This document shows, in pieces, positions 22,848 through 32,791 of a stretch of 39,124 nucleotides of DNA. The stretch is from IMG/VR virus record IMGVR_UViG_3300021399_000040; one strand, written 5' to 3'. The stretch comes from a virus. The notes beneath the pieces were generated by a model. That model saw only the letters and a list, made by a program, of their open reading frames with translations. It ran no database searches and was not told the DNA's origin. The first letter of the stretch is position 1. Every line of letters starts with the position of its first letter. Position numbers and translations under genes: made by a program.

Positions 22848-24320
22848 TTGAAATGGTGGCAGAAGATCAGGAACTGGTTCAAGAAGACATTCCTGAACCA
22901 GACGATCGAATCGCCGGACATGGCGGAAGAATCCTTCCTTGAATGGCTGGGAATCAAGAAGAAGAACCGGAACGGCGCACTGTCGGAAGTCACATACTTC
23001 ACGTGTCTGAAGATGATGTCGGAAACCGTCGCGAAACTTCCGTGGAAATACTACCAGAAGACAGCGAACGGCATCGCCGAACCGGAACTGAATGACGTGG
23101 CGAAGCTGCTGAAATACAGGCCGAATCCGTTCATGACGCCGACAGCCTTCTGGAATGCGGTCGAGATGAACAGGAATCACTTCGGGAACGCCTACGTGTA
23201 CGTCAGATCGAAGTTCAGCCGGAAGCGATACGGCGGCGAATACAAGGTGCTGGATCTGTGGGTCATGCCGTCGAACTGCGTGCAGATCGTCGTGGACGAT
23301 GCCGGATACTTCGGCGGAGCCGGGAAGATCTGGTACGTGTACAGCGATAAGTACAGCGGGCAGCAGTACGTCTTCGGAACCGACGAAGTCCTTCACTTCA
23401 AGACTTCGCATTCCCTTGACGGCATCACAGGACTTCCGGTGCAGGAGATCCTGCGGCAGACCGTCGAAGGCGCAGCGGCATCACAGGACTTCCTGAACAA
23501 TCTATACGCGAACGGCCTGACCGCGAAGGCGACGCTGGAATACACCGGCGACCTGAACGAGGGAGCGAAGCGGAAGCTGATCCAGGCATTCGAGACATAC
23601 GGAGCCGGGACGAAGAACACCGGGCGGATCCTGCCGATCCCGCAGGGGATGAAGCTGACGCCGCTGGACATCAAACTGTCAGACAGTCAGTTCATCGAAC
23701 TGAAGAAATATTCGGCGCTTCAGATCGCGGCTGCATTCGGCATCAAACCGAACCAGATAAACGACTACGAAAAGAGCAGCTACAGCAATTCAGAAATGCA
23801 GCAGCTGTCCTTCTACGTGGACACGATGCTGTTCGTGCTGAAGCAGTACGAAGAGGAAGTCAACTGGAAACTGCTGACCGACGTGGAACGCTACGAAGAA
23901 GGCAAATACTACAAGCTGAACGAAAAAGCGATCCTGCGGACGGACAGCGAAACACAGATGAAGATCATGGCGCAGGCGATCCAGAACGGCATCGAGAAAC
24001 CGAACGAATGCCGTCGGAAGCTGGATCTTCAGGATGCAGAGGGCGGCGACCAGCTGATCGTGAACGGGAACTTCGTTCCGCTGGCAGACGTCGGCATCCA
24101 GTACGCGCAAAACCAACCACAGCAGAACGCACAGCAGACGCGGCAGCGGCCTGTGCATAATGCAGCGCAGGAAGGCGGGACTGTTCCATCAGCAGGACAG
24201 CCGGGCGGCGCGGATCCGGAAGACACAGCCGAAACAGATCCGGAACAGAAAATAAAGCAGGAAGGAGGGAAAGACGATGGTGAACAAATACCGATTCACG
24301 CGGAAGAATCCGAAGACTAA
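22848..24320 (+). CDS. Portal protein, HK97 family (TTG start)
   Basis: The RBS aaaggggg lies at 22831-22838. Characteristic sequence includes ...YRPNPFMTPTAFWNAVEMNRNHFGNAYVYV... and ...LPIPQGMKLTPLD... Confidence 0.9.
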   Translation: MKWWQKIRNWFKKTFLNQTIESPDMAEESFLEWLGIKKKNRNGALSEVTYFTCLKMMSETVAKLPWKYYQKTANGIAEPELNDVAKLLKYRPNPFMTPTAFWNAVEMNRNHFGNAYVYVRSKFSRKRYGGEYKVLDLWVMPSNCVQIVVDDAGYFGGAGKIWYVYSDKYSGQQYVFGTDEVLHFKTSHSLDGITGLPVQEILRQTVEGAAASQDFLNNLYANGLTAKATLEYTGDLNEGAKRKLIQAFETYGAGTKNTGRILPIPQGMKLTPLDIKLSDSQFIELKKYSALQIAAAFGIKPNQINDYEKSSYSNSEMQQLSFYVDTMLFVLKQYEEEVNWKLLTDVERYEEGKYYKLNEKAILRTDSETQMKIMAQAIQNGIEKPNECRRKLDLQDAEGGDQLIVNGNFVPLADVGIQYAQNQPQQNAQQTRQRPVHNAAQEGGTVPSAGQPGGADPEDTAETDPEQKIKQEGGKDDGEQIPIHAEESED

Positions 24321-25032
24321 GAAGATCGAGAACACGGGGTACATGGAGATCAGGAACGCGGCAGCGGGTGCGGAACTGTACATCTACGGCGACATCGTGT
24401 CGTCTTCGTGGGATGTATGGAGTGCGGACGACACATGCCCGCAGGACATCGCAGACTTCATGAACCAGATCGATCAGAACGCAGATCTGACCGTCTACAT
24501 CAATTCGGGCGGCGGTGACGTGTTCGCAGGAATCGCGATCCACAGCATCCTGTCCCGTCATACGGGGCACATCAAGGGCGTCGTCGACGGACTGGCGGCA
24601 TCGATCGCATCGGTGATCCTGATGGCCTGCGACGAAATCGTGATGTCTACGGGCGCGCAGATCATGATTCACAAGCCGTCAGTCTTCGCCTACGGAAACG
24701 CGGACGATCTGACAGCACTGATCGCGGAACTGGACAAGTGCCAGCAGAGCATCACGGACATCTACATGCAGCACGCGAAGGAAGGCGTGTCAGAATCTGA
24801 CATCACCGAAAAGATCAACGCGGAAACATGGATGTCTGCAACGGACGCGCAGGAAGTCTTCGACATCGAAATCGATGAACGGCCTGCTATGGCTGCGTGC
24901 GTCAGCTGGATGATGGACAGCTGGAAGAACGCGCCGAAGAACATCCGGACAGAGCGTCCGGAAGATGTCGAGAACAGGGAAGCTGAAGAAGAAGCTGACC
25001 TGATCGCAGAAATGGAACTGATGGGAATCTAA
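24277..25032 (+). CDS. ClpP-family (S14) prohead protease
   Basis: The catalytic-region sequence reads ...TVYINSGGGDVFAGIAIHSIL...GLAASIASVILMACD...MIHKP... The RBS is ggaaggaggg. Confidence 0.9.
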   Translation: MVNKYRFTRKNPKTKKIENTGYMEIRNAAAGAELYIYGDIVSSSWDVWSADDTCPQDIADFMNQIDQNADLTVYINSGGGDVFAGIAIHSILSRHTGHIKGVVDGLAASIASVILMACDEIVMSTGAQIMIHKPSVFAYGNADDLTALIAELDKCQQSITDIYMQHAKEGVSESDITEKINAETWMSATDAQEVFDIEIDERPAMAACVSWMMDSWKNAPKNIRTERPEDVENREAEEEADLIAEMELMGI

Positions 25033-25053
25033 ATCAAAGGAGGATCTAAACAC

Positions 25054-26271
25054 ATGAGCAAAGAAGCAAGAGCACTTCTGAAGAAGATCAACGACATGAA
25101 GAACGCGATCCGCGGCCTTCAGGGTCAGGGCAAGACGCAGGAGATGAAGGACAAGATGGATCAGCTGCGCGAGATGCAGCAGGAGTTCGACATCATGATG
25201 GAGATGGACGAAGACGAGATCGACGACATCGACGACGCCGTCAAGGGCGGCAAGGCGAAGGGAATCGAAGGCGGAGCGGCAGCAGGCGCGAAGAAGTACG
25301 CGAAGGCCGACATCGCCCGCGCGTTCGTCAACCGTATCGTGTGCGGCCTGCGCAAGCGCCAGATGACAAAAGAGGATCAGGAGATCATGGACGCCATGAC
25401 CGAAGCTGATCCGAACGAGGACGGCGAATCAGACGGCGGCTTCACTGTGCCGCAGGACATCCAGACCGACATCCGCGAACTTCGCAGGACTGAAAACGAT
25501 CTGGAAATGTACGTCAACGTCGAGAACGTCACCACACTGTCCGGATCCCGCGTGATCGAGATCGACGCAGACAGCACACCGTGGCCTGACGTGGATGAAG
25601 GCGAAGAGTTCACCGAACAGGAGACGCCGAAGTTCAAGCAGATCAAATACAAGGTCGCAAAGAAGGGCGGCATCCTGAAGACCACGCGCGAACTGCTTCA
25701 GGACACTGCTGCGAACATCCTGGCATACCTGAACAAGTGGATCGCCAGAAAGTCCAGGGCGACCAGAAACGCCGCCATCCTTGCGAAGCTGAACGAGATC
25801 ACGACCGGGAAGGCCGTGGCGATCACCGGCGTGGACGACCTGAAGGACGTCTTCAACGTGAAGCTGGATGCAGCGATCGCGCCGACTTCCATCGTGCTGA
25901 CCAATCAGGACGGCTTCAACTATCTGGACAAGCTGAAGGACGAAAAGAAGGACTACATCATCCAGCCGGACGTCACCGACAAGACAAAGCGCCTTCTGTT
26001 CGGCGTGTATCCGATTCACGTCGTCAGCAACAAGACACTGAAGTCCGTGACTTCCGGATCTAACGCGAAGTATCCGCTGTTCATGGGCGATCTGAAAGAA
26101 GCCGTGACACTGTTCGACCGCGAGAAGATCACCGTGGAACTTTCCACAGAAGCCGGTGATCTGTGGGCGAAAGACCTGACCGGAATCAAAGTCCGCGACC
26201 GCTTCGACGTGCAGGCCGTGGACGAAGCTGCTGTCATCAAGGGCGAGATCACCGAAGCGATCGGCGGCTGA
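25054..26271 (+). CDS. Major capsid protein, HK97 family, with an N-terminal scaffold-like coiled coil
   Basis: The RBS is aaaggagg. The N-terminus is a charged helix, followed by GGFTVPQDIQTDIRELRR... The position after the protease fits. Confidence 0.9.
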   Translation: MSKEARALLKKINDMKNAIRGLQGQGKTQEMKDKMDQLREMQQEFDIMMEMDEDEIDDIDDAVKGGKAKGIEGGAAAGAKKYAKADIARAFVNRIVCGLRKRQMTKEDQEIMDAMTEADPNEDGESDGGFTVPQDIQTDIRELRRTENDLEMYVNVENVTTLSGSRVIEIDADSTPWPDVDEGEEFTEQETPKFKQIKYKVAKKGGILKTTRELLQDTAANILAYLNKWIARKSRATRNAAILAKLNEITTGKAVAITGVDDLKDVFNVKLDAAIAPTSIVLTNQDGFNYLDKLKDEKKDYIIQPDVTDKTKRLLFGVYPIHVVSNKTLKSVTSGSNAKYPLFMGDLKEAVTLFDREKITVELSTEAGDLWAKDLTGIKVRDRFDVQAVDEAAVIKGEITEAIGG

Positions 26272-26312
26272 TCGGATCCGGATGCAGATCATGAAGAAAG
26301 GAGCGGGAAAAG

Positions 26313-26576
26313 ATGACGCTGACTGAAGTGAAGCAGTACATCCGCGTCGACTACACAGACGACGATGAACTGATCGAACTGATGCTGAACGCGACGCTGG
26401 ACGAAATGAAGGAACTGATTCCTTCCTTCGATCCGGACAACATCACGAACCGCCAGAAGATCCTGATCTGCGCCTACATCAAGGAGATGTACGACAACAG
26501 AGGGAACACGACGGCGCAGCCGGAGAAGATCAGGTACGCCGTCAGATCCCTTCTGCTGAAGGAAATGTTGAGGTGA
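26313..26576 (+). CDS. Head-tail connector (gp6-like)
   Basis: The product begins MTLTEVKQYIRVDYTDDDELIELMLNATLDEMKELI..., the typical N-terminus of this family. Confidence 0.8.
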   Translation: MTLTEVKQYIRVDYTDDDELIELMLNATLDEMKELIPSFDPDNITNRQKILICAYIKEMYDNRGNTTAQPEKIRYAVRSLLLKEMLR

Positions 26577-26580
26577 TGGG

Positions 26581-26904
26581 ATGGCAGCGGCACGGATCGA
26601 GATCTACAGGAAGAACTACAGCATCGTGTCCGGGCGGCGCGTGGAAGAAGAACCGACACTGCATCATAAAGCATGGTGCGAGATAGGGAACCTTTACGGA
26701 TCCGAACTGTACGGAGCGCTGGACATCCGCCTGGAAAACACGATCATCTTCGAAGTGCGGTACTGCAAAGCCATAAAAGCGATGCAGCAGCATCTGAAGG
26801 ACTACTACATCAAGTTCGAAGGCGAAGTATATGACATCTTCGCGTCGGACTTCAGGAGGAACGAACGGCAGTATGTGCAGCTGAAAGCAAACAGAAGGGA
26901 CTGA
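26581..26904 (+). CDS. Head-closure / head-tail adaptor protein
   Basis: Size, position and the pattern ...HKAWCEIGNLYGSELYGA...IFEVRY... resemble HK97 gp9/SPP1 gp16-type head closure proteins. Confidence 0.7.
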   Translation: MAAARIEIYRKNYSIVSGRRVEEEPTLHHKAWCEIGNLYGSELYGALDIRLENTIIFEVRYCKAIKAMQQHLKDYYIKFEGEVYDIFASDFRRNERQYVQLKANRRD

Positions 26905-26910
26905 TGCGCG

Positions 26911-27342
26911 ATGAAGATCACGTTCAACATGGAGGGCTTCGACCGCCTGCGGACACAGGTGGAAACACTGTCGTCAGACAGCGAGATCGCCGCCTTGAAC
27001 AAACGGATCTATCAGCGCAGCGCGGACGTCACGGAACCGCGAATGAAGGCGCATATGCCGCGATCAGCGGACAATTCGAAGTCAGGCCGGAACGGGTACA
27101 GACCGCCGGGACATGCGGCTGACAACATCCCGAAGAAAGCCACGTCACGGAAAGGCGAAGTCGGGTGGAAGCTGGACGGCGATGCGCAGAACTGGTTCTA
27201 CATGAAGTTCGTGGAATGGGGCACGTCAAAGATGCCCGCGCGCGACTTCATCGAAAACACGATGCACGAATCGGAATCGGACTACAACCAGATCGCGGAA
27301 GAAGAGTTCCAGCGGGCGCTGAACGAAAAGCTGGGAGGATGA
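26911..27342 (+). CDS. HK97 gp10-family tail component
   Basis: The signature reads ...NWFYMKFVEWGTSKMPARDFIENT... Confidence 0.8.
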   Translation: MKITFNMEGFDRLRTQVETLSSDSEIAALNKRIYQRSADVTEPRMKAHMPRSADNSKSGRNGYRPPGHAADNIPKKATSRKGEVGWKLDGDAQNWFYMKFVEWGTSKMPARDFIENTMHESESDYNQIAEEEFQRALNEKLGG

Positions 27343-27346
27343 ACGA

Positions 27347-27706
27347 ATGGACGTCATCAAAACGGCAGCGGATGCGTTGAAGCCTTTATCAGACGAAGGG
27401 ATCACCGTTCAGCAGGGATGGTACGATGCCAGCCTGAAGAAGCTGCACATCACGCTGTGGAAATTAAGAGACTACGCCGCCGCGCATTCGGATGATGACT
27501 GCGACGTAGAAGCCGCGACGATACAGGTCAATATCTGGTCGACAGCTGATCAGCAGGATCTGGTGAAGCGGGTGAAGAAACTGATGAAGGCGAACGGATT
27601 CGAGTTCACGGAAGGGAACGACACCGGGGAACCGGACACGGGCGTCTTCATGAATGCGATGCGCTTCTTCTATCAGGAGGAAGCCGAAGAAGAAACGGAG
27701 GAATAA
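27347..27706 (+). CDS. Tail completion/terminator-like protein (by position)
   Basis: This 119-aa ORF lies between the gp10-like gene and the major tail gene. No motif is recognised. Confidence 0.55.
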   Translation: MDVIKTAADALKPLSDEGITVQQGWYDASLKKLHITLWKLRDYAAAHSDDDCDVEAATIQVNIWSTADQQDLVKRVKKLMKANGFEFTEGNDTGEPDTGVFMNAMRFFYQEEAEEETEE

Positions 27707-27710
27707 AAGA

Positions 27711-28322
27711 ATGGCAGACACACAGACCATCGTCAGAAGCAGAACGAAGTCCTTCCGTGACATCCACGTCGCACACGTGACGAAGAACACGGAAACAGAG
27801 TACGCGGCAGACACGCCGACAAAGCTGGCGCGCGCGATCACCGGGAAGATCAGCGACAAATTCGAATCCGAAAAGATCTATTCGGACGACAGCGTCGAGG
27901 ATACAAACATGACGTACACCGGGACGGAAGTTGAATTCGAAGTGAACGCGCTGGCGCCGCAGGACAAGTCCCGCGTTTTCGGTCATCTGTACAAGAACGG
28001 ATACCTTGTGAAGAACAAGAACGACAAGGCGCCGGAAGTCGCGGTCGGATGGCGTGCGAAGAAGCTGAACGGCAAATACGAATTCTGCTGGATGTACGCC
28101 GGGCGCTTCGATCAGGGGATGGAAGACAACTACGAAACCGAAGGAGCAAGCCCCAAAACACAGACGGCGACGCTGAAGGGCAACTTCTACGAGCGTCAGA
28201 TGGATGGGAACTACAAGATCGAGGTCGACGAAGGGAACCTTCTGGAAGCGGATACAAGCGCGGCAGCGGCGATCAAGAAATGGTTCGAAACCGTACAGGA
28301 ACTTCCGACATCCGGCAACTGA
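27711..28322 (+). CDS. Major tail protein (phi13-family-like)
   Basis: An in-frame ATG follows the RBS acggaggaa. The product begins MADTQTIVRSRTKSFRDIHVAHVTKNTE... and includes ...EVEFEVNALAPQDKSRVFGH... The position upstream of the chaperones and the tape measure fits. Confidence 0.8.
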   Translation: MADTQTIVRSRTKSFRDIHVAHVTKNTETEYAADTPTKLARAITGKISDKFESEKIYSDDSVEDTNMTYTGTEVEFEVNALAPQDKSRVFGHLYKNGYLVKNKNDKAPEVAVGWRAKKLNGKYEFCWMYAGRFDQGMEDNYETEGASPKTQTATLKGNFYERQMDGNYKIEVDEGNLLEADTSAAAAIKKWFETVQELPTSGN

Positions 28323-28357
28323 TAACTAATAACTGATCATTTTAAGGAGGGACGAAA

Positions 28358-28702
28358 ATGGCAGCAACCAACACAGTGAAGAAAAGAAAGATCATCATCG
28401 GCGGGAAGGAATACCAGATGCCGCAGAAGATGACGACGCTGGCGTACATGCGCTACATCAAGCTGCGCGACGAGATCATGGAGACGGAGAAACAGCAGCG
28501 GCTGTACAACTACAATCAGTTCGTCGAGATGATGGACGTGATCGTGGAGATGTACGGCGACCAGTTCACACGCGACGAACTGATCAGTGAACTGTCACCG
28601 GAAGACATCATCATGGAATTCGCGATGATGGACGTCAGCGTCGCCGCGAACGTCGACACGAAGGTGGAGAAGTTCAAGGAAAATTTTACAAGTGGCGAGT
28701 GA
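28358..28702 (+). CDS. Tail assembly chaperone (gpG-like)
   Basis: The RBS is taaggaggg. This 114-aa ORF lies immediately upstream of the tape measure region, and a slippery heptamer sits near its end. Confidence 0.75.
   Translation: MAATNTVKKRKIIIGGKEYQMPQKMTTLAYMRYIKLRDEIMETEKQQRLYNYNQFVEMMDVIVEMYGDQFTRDELISELSPEDIIMEFAMMDVSVAANVDTKVEKFKENFTSGE
28681..28687 (+). promoter_or_regulatory. Candidate -1 programmed ribosomal frameshift heptamer A_AAT_TTT
   Basis: In the gpG-like frame the codons read gaA AAT TTT aca. The -1 frame is open from 28591 and is the frame of ORF 28699..29223. Confidence 0.55.
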
Positions 28703-29223
28703 TGCCGGAAATGACGCTGCCGTACGGAGAGGATGAACGGATCTGTGCGGCAGTGTCTGTTCGACAGTACAGGCGGTACACGGAGATCATGGAACAGAAC
28801 GTCACCGAATCGATCGAAGACGCGGTCGAAGCGAATGCGCGGATCCTGTCGGAGATCTTCGGAGTGCCGATGACGCAGATCAGGAAGATGGACGCGGAAG
28901 ACGTCATGACAGCGGCGAAGCAAGTGCACTTCGTCATGCAGGACGTCATCACGCAGAAGTTCCTTGATCTGAATCCGGAGCATCCGGAAGCGGTCGAGAA
29001 GGAAGCATCAGCGTTTGACGAATATGACGAAGAAAACGGATACAACGACGACGGAGCACAGGAAGAAAGAAACTTCTGGCAGATCTGCCGGGAGAATGTC
29101 GACCGGGTCGTGAAGCTGTGCATCCGGCTGATGAAGAATTCATATCAGGACTGCATGGAAGCGGACATCATGAGCCTGCTTGATTATGTGGCATTTGAGA
29201 TCCGGACACTGAAAGAAAACTAA
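28699..29223 (+). CDS. Tail assembly chaperone extension (gpT-like), possibly made as a G-T fusion by a -1 frameshift
   Basis: The ORF is in the -1 frame relative to 28358..28702 and overlaps its stop. The position before the tape measure is conserved in long-tailed phages. Confidence 0.7.
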   Translation: MMPEMTLPYGEDERICAAVSVRQYRRYTEIMEQNVTESIEDAVEANARILSEIFGVPMTQIRKMDAEDVMTAAKQVHFVMQDVITQKFLDLNPEHPEAVEKEASAFDEYDEENGYNDDGAQEERNFWQICRENVDRVVKLCIRLMKNSYQDCMEADIMSLLDYVAFEIRTLKEN

Positions 29224-29241
29224 GGGAAGGAGCGGGACAGC

Positions 29242-32200
29242 GTGGCAGACGTAAAGATTAACATACAGGCCGAAACACAACAGTTTCAGGCTGCTATGCG
29301 GCAGTGTTCCGCAGAAATGAAACAGCTGTCGTCAGAATACAGTCTTGCGGCTGCACAGGCGAAGCTGTCCGGATCCGCACAGGACGGCCTTCGGGCGAAG
29401 GTCACAGAACTGACTGGCAAAGTAGGACTTCAGAAAGACATCGTCGAAAAGAACGAAGCACAGCACGCAAAGCTGAAGCAGGCGCTGGAACAGCAGAAAT
29501 CGACGCACGACACGCTGAAGACGAAGGTCGAAGCGGCGAAGAAGGCGTACGAAGCAAGCGCGAAGGCCACAGGCGAAGATTCTGAAGAGACGAAGAAGCT
29601 GAAGGCAGAGTACGAAAAGCTACAGTCACAGCTTGGAAACACAGAAAGAAGCATCCAGAAGACAGAAACAGCGATCACGAAGCAGGAAGGCGCGGTCACA
29701 TCATCGAAGGCGAAGCTGGCAGAACTGGAAGTGCAGCTGCGGAACGTGAACGCGGAACTGGCACGGGCGCCGTTCGATGCCTACGCAGAGAAGGCGAACA
29801 AGATCGGCGGAACGATCACGAAGGTCGGCGAAGCGATCATGCCTGCATCGATGGCGACGGTCGGGCTGGGAACGGCAGCAGTGAAGACTGCCGCGAACTT
29901 CGACACTTCGATGTCACAGGTTCAGGCGACGATGGGTCTGACGAAGGATTCCACGTCGAAGCTGAACGGCGAAACGGTCAACACGATGGACGCGCTGTCG
30001 AAGCTGGCGCGGACGATGGGAAAGGACACAAAGTTTTCCGCCAGTGAAGCAGCGGACGCGATCAACATCCTTGCGATGGCAGGCATGGACACGGATGACA
30101 TCTATTCCGCGCTGCCTGCGACGCTGAATCTGGCAGCGGCTGGCAACATCGGCATCGCGCAGGCCGCAGACTATGCGACGGGCATCATGTCCGGCTTCGG
30201 CATGGAGACGAAGGACGCTTCGAAGGTCGCGGACGTTCTGGCGGTCACGGCATCCAGTGCGAAGGGGTCCGTGTCTGACTTCGGCGCAGGACTTGCACAG
30301 GCAGCAGGCCAGGCATCCATCACAGGCCAGTCATTCGAAGACACAGCGACAGCGCTGGGAATTCTGGGAAATCATAATATATCCGCAGCTGAAGGCGGAA
30401 ACATGCTTCAGCGTGTCCTGAAGAACCTGTATCAGCCGACATCGACGGCGAAGGACGCACTGGATGCGCTGGGTGTGTCCGCCTACGATTCAGAGGGCAA
30501 GGCAAGGCCGCTTCAGGACGTTCTGACAGATCTGCGGGGCAAGCTGGGCGAACTGTCCGAAGAGGACTACAACAGCGTCATGGGGCAGATCTTCGACACG
30601 GCTTCACTGCGTGGCGCGAACTTCCTGATCCAGGATTCCGGGGAAGCGTTCGATAATCTGCGCGCGAAGATCGGCGGCGCATCCGGCGCGGCGGAAAAGA
30701 TGGCAGAGGTGCAGCAGGACAACCTACAGGGACAGCTGACCATCCTGAAGTCACAGCTGGAAGAACTGGCGATCAGCTTCGGCGAACTGCTGATGCCGAA
30801 GATCCGCGAAGTCGTCGGCAAGATTCAGGACTTCGTGGACAAGCTGAACAACATGGACGAAGGGCAGAAGCAGGCGATCATCCGGATCGGTCTGGTCGTG
30901 GCGGCAGCAGGGCCTTTACTGGTCGCGCTGGGAAAAATGATCATATTCACGGGTCAGGTGTCCACGCAGATCGGAAACATGGTCGAGTGGTACACGAAAG
31001 CGGGCGGCGCATCCGGGATACTTGCGAAGGCACAGACCGGACTGTCGTCGGCGTTCAGCTTCCTGACATCGCCGATCGGAATCGTGATCGGCGTCATCGC
31101 CGTGCTGGTGGCGGCATTCATCCATCTGTGGAGGACGAACGAAGACTTCCGGAACGCGGTCATCGCGATCTGGGAGCGGATCAAAGGCGCCTTCCAGGAA
31201 TTCGTCGGCGGCATACAGGAAAGACTGTCGGCGATGGGAATCAGCTTCCAGTCGATCACGCAGACGATCAGTGCCATCTGGGACGGCTTCTGCAACCTGT
31301 TAGCGCCGGTATTCGAAGCAGCCTTCGGAATCATAGCGACGGTACTGGAAACAGCCTTCGGCGTCATCACGGGGCTGCTGGACGTGTTCATCGGCGCGTA
31401 TAACGGCAACTGGACACAACTGTGGACAGGCGTGCAGGAGATCTTCGGCGCGGTCTGGGAAGGCATCAAGGGCGTCTTCAGCGGTGTTCTGGCGGCGCTT
31501 CAGGGCGTCGCAGACGTCTTCCTGGGATGGTTCGGGACTTCGTGGACAGAACTGTGGACGAACGTGCAGGGCTTCTTCGAAGGCGTCTGGAACGGCATCA
31601 GCACGTTCTTCACGACGATCTGGACAACAATCAGCACGACCGTCACGACATTCTGCACGACCGTCTGGACGACGATCAGCACAATCTTCACGACGGTCGC
31701 GGAAACAGTTTCGACGATCTGGGAAGGAATCAAAAGCGTCATTCAGGTCGCGATCATGTTCATCGTGGAACTGATCAACGCGGCCTTCCAGCTGATCACG
31801 GTTCCGTTCAGGTTCATCTGGGAGAACTGCAAAGAGACGATCACGGCAGCGTGGGAAGCGATCAAGACAACAGTGTCGACCGCACTGAACTTCGTGAAGG
31901 ACAACATCATCACGCCGGTCATGACGGCGATCAAGACCGTGATCGATACAGTGTGGAACGGCATCAAGACCGTGATCACGACCGTCATGAACGGCATCAA
32001 GACCGTGATCACGACCGTCTGGAATGCGATCAAGACAGCCACATCGACCGTCTGGAACGCGATCAAGACAGCCGTCACGACCGCAGTGAACGCGATCAAG
32101 ACAGCGGTCACGCCGATCTTCAACGCGATAAAGACCACGATCACGTCCGTGTGGAACGGAGTGAAGAGCGCGACGACATCCGCATGGAATGCGATCAAGT

Positions 32201-32778
32201 CGGGCGTGACGTCCGCCGTGAATGCGGTGAAGTCGAAAGTCCAGTCCGCCATGAACAGCATCAAGTCCGTGATGTCGTCGGCATGGAACAGCATGAAGGG
32301 CGCGGCGTCTTCCGGATGGAACGCCATCAAGTCGGCGATCGAAAGGCCGATCAATGCGGCGAAGCAGGCTGTGGCGAATGCGATCAGCGCCATGCGGTCG
32401 AAGTTTAACTTCCATTGGAGCCTGCCGCATCTGGCACTGCCGCATCCGTATATATCCGGACACTTCAGTCTGAATCCGCCGTCAGTCCCGCACTTCGGGA
32501 TCAGCTGGTATAAATCCGGCGGTATCATGACACGCCCGACAGTATTCGGAGCATCCGGGAACACACTGCTGGCAGGCGGCGAAGCGGGAGCGGAAGCGAT
32601 CCTGCCGCTGAAAGCGTTCTATGATCGCCTGGGCGACATGCTGGACAAGAAGCTGGACGCACTGACAGGCGGAACGGTCGTGTATGTATACGTCACGATG
32701 GACGGCGATGTCGTCGCGGAAAGAGTATACACACGCGTCGAAAATGAATTCGTAAACAAAATACAGCGGAAGAGATAA
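29242..32778 (+). CDS. Tape measure protein
   Basis: A GTG start follows the RBS ggaaggag. The 1178-aa protein has an N-terminal coiled coil, a TP901-type core (...NFDTSMSQVQATMGLT...AADAINILAMAGMD...), TM-like segments and periodic Trp-containing repeats. Confidence 0.92.
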   Translation: MADVKINIQAETQQFQAAMRQCSAEMKQLSSEYSLAAAQAKLSGSAQDGLRAKVTELTGKVGLQKDIVEKNEAQHAKLKQALEQQKSTHDTLKTKVEAAKKAYEASAKATGEDSEETKKLKAEYEKLQSQLGNTERSIQKTETAITKQEGAVTSSKAKLAELEVQLRNVNAELARAPFDAYAEKANKIGGTITKVGEAIMPASMATVGLGTAAVKTAANFDTSMSQVQATMGLTKDSTSKLNGETVNTMDALSKLARTMGKDTKFSASEAADAINILAMAGMDTDDIYSALPATLNLAAAGNIGIAQAADYATGIMSGFGMETKDASKVADVLAVTASSAKGSVSDFGAGLAQAAGQASITGQSFEDTATALGILGNHNISAAEGGNMLQRVLKNLYQPTSTAKDALDALGVSAYDSEGKARPLQDVLTDLRGKLGELSEEDYNSVMGQIFDTASLRGANFLIQDSGEAFDNLRAKIGGASGAAEKMAEVQQDNLQGQLTILKSQLEELAISFGELLMPKIREVVGKIQDFVDKLNNMDEGQKQAIIRIGLVVAAAGPLLVALGKMIIFTGQVSTQIGNMVEWYTKAGGASGILAKAQTGLSSAFSFLTSPIGIVIGVIAVLVAAFIHLWRTNEDFRNAVIAIWERIKGAFQEFVGGIQERLSAMGISFQSITQTISAIWDGFCNLLAPVFEAAFGIIATVLETAFGVITGLLDVFIGAYNGNWTQLWTGVQEIFGAVWEGIKGVFSGVLAALQGVADVFLGWFGTSWTELWTNVQGFFEGVWNGISTFFTTIWTTISTTVTTFCTTVWTTISTIFTTVAETVSTIWEGIKSVIQVAIMFIVELINAAFQLITVPFRFIWENCKETITAAWEAIKTTVSTALNFVKDNIITPVMTAIKTVIDTVWNGIKTVITTVMNGIKTVITTVWNAIKTATSTVWNAIKTAVTTAVNAIKTAVTPIFNAIKTTITSVWNGVKSATTSAWNAIKSGVTSAVNAVKSKVQSAMNSIKSVMSSAWNSMKGAASSGWNAIKSAIERPINAAKQAVANAISAMRSKFNFHWSLPHLALPHPYISGHFSLNPPSVPHFGISWYKSGGIMTRPTVFGASGNTLLAGGEAGAEAILPLKAFYDRLGDMLDKKLDALTGGTVVYVYVTMDGDVVAERVYTRVENEFVNKIQRKR
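31948..32343 (+). repeat. 12 tandem 33-nt (11-aa) repeats within the tape measure gene
   Basis: Read from the translation: TVWNGIKTVIT TVMNGIKTVIT TVWNAIKTATS TVWNAIKTAVT TAVNAIKTAVT PIFNAIKTTIT SVWNGVKSATT SAWNAIKSGVT SAVNAVKSKVQ SAMNSIKSVMS SAWNSMKGAAS SGWNAIKSAIE. Confidence 0.85.
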
Positions 32779-32791
32779 GGAGGGATGAAAC

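Noticed and set aside
22841-22860. An ATG at 22841 as the portal start.
   Set aside because: It is in a different frame from the long portal ORF and terminates quickly. The in-frame TTG at 22848, 9 nt after the RBS aaaggggg, is the plausible start.
31948-32343. The tandem repeats in the tape measure (33 nt) and fibre (21 nt, 37195-37402) as possible CRISPR arrays or non-coding satellites.
   Set aside because: The units are contiguous with no spacers. They are multiples of 3 nt, in frame, and encode regular peptide repeats inside long structural ORFs.
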